A stretch of 50,315 nt of DNA from Beijerinckiaceae bacterium. Its GTDB lineage: Bacteria > Pseudomonadota > Alphaproteobacteria > Rhizobiales > Beijerinckiaceae. The notes below the pieces were generated by a model. That model was given only the letters and a program-made list of their open reading frames with translations. It was not told the origin of the DNA and searched no databases. This document shows, one piece after another, positions 50,145 through 50,315 of the stretch. Position 1 is the first letter of the stretch. Each line of letters begins with the position of its first letter. The stretch covers positions 1 to 50,315 of the forward strand of contig JBOFUS010000149.1 of NCBI GenBank assembly GCA_051652685.1. The letters are read 5' to 3'. The translations under genes and the position numbers were made by a program.

Positions 50145-50315
50145 ATGATGACGACGGGTTTTGCCCGATTGCGAGACGATCTGGCCGAGATCCTCTGCCT
50201 GCAGGAGGAGCGCAAGGTGGGCCAGGACAACTGCGTCTCCTTCAACACCCTCAAGCTCCAGATCCCCGAAAGTCCGCTGAGAGCCCACTTCGTCAAAGCC
50301 ACCGTCAAGGTCCGC
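50145..50315 (+). pseudogene. 3' fragment of an integrase-type (rve, ISNCY-like) transposase gene running off the right edge
   Basis: Own translation: MMTTGFARLRDDLAEILCLQEERKVGQDNCVSFNTLKLQIPESPLRAHFVKATVKVR. It resembles C-terminal regions of ISNCY-type transposases from memory. No N-terminal part is present in the window. Confidence 0.35.

Noticed and set aside
50114-50308. 64-aa minus-strand ORF upstream of the IS110 transposase.
   Set aside because: It is antisense to the more protein-like transposase-tail frame on the plus strand, and it has no start context or recognisable domain.
1-50315. Search for CRISPR arrays, tRNA/rRNA genes, phage-defence or toxin-antitoxin modules and secretion systems.
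   Set aside because: I noticed no direct-repeat/spacer arrays, no cloverleaf-like or rRNA-like segments, and no ORFs with nuclease, methylase, toxin or defence-type motifs. The accessory content is metabolic, transport, replication and IS-related.

Overview
High-GC alphaproteobacterial (Rhizobiales-type) DNA from a repABC replicon (plasmid or chromid). All calls come from reading the sequence and the ORF track; no searches were run. Almost everything from 1 to 26.9 kb is on the minus strand and encodes nitrogen-heterocycle and amide catabolism plus uptake. It holds a BMP-family ABC importer followed by a formamidase-like gene, a 2OG oxygenase and a cupin, and a NitT/TauT-type ABC translocon served by three paralogous NMT1-type binding proteins. 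It also holds an AtzD/barbiturase-family ring-opening amidohydrolase tightly coupled to a Rieske oxygenase and a metal amidohydrolase, an allantoinase/dihydroorotase-like enzyme, an SDR and a racemase-family protein. Upstream lie atzG-atzE-atzH homologues, then an allophanate hydrolase fused by overlapping codons to a Dpp-like ABC operon. A second locus (27.0-38.8 kb) has a GntR regulator, an acetamidase, another Dpp-like importer, a second amidohydrolase, a flavin reductase, a D-hydantoinase and a canonical hydantoin racemase. Next come urtABCDE (38.9-44.4 kb) and a complete repABC cassette (45.1-49.1 kb) with parS-like palindromes, a predicted antisense ctRNA and an AT-rich stretch inside repC. 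The window ends with an IS110-family element abutting a fragment of another transposase. Non-coding structure is rich: eight sigma54-type (-24/-12) promoter motifs, three and a half copies of a ~120-bp palindromic intergenic repeat, and two other inverted-repeat elements between convergent genes. No rRNA, tRNA or CRISPR array was seen. The most interesting inference is that the carboxybiuret-type pathway genes are wired to oxygenase, amidohydrolase and racemase-like genes and multiple binding proteins. This suggests catabolism of an unidentified substituted N-heterocycle under sigma54 control.
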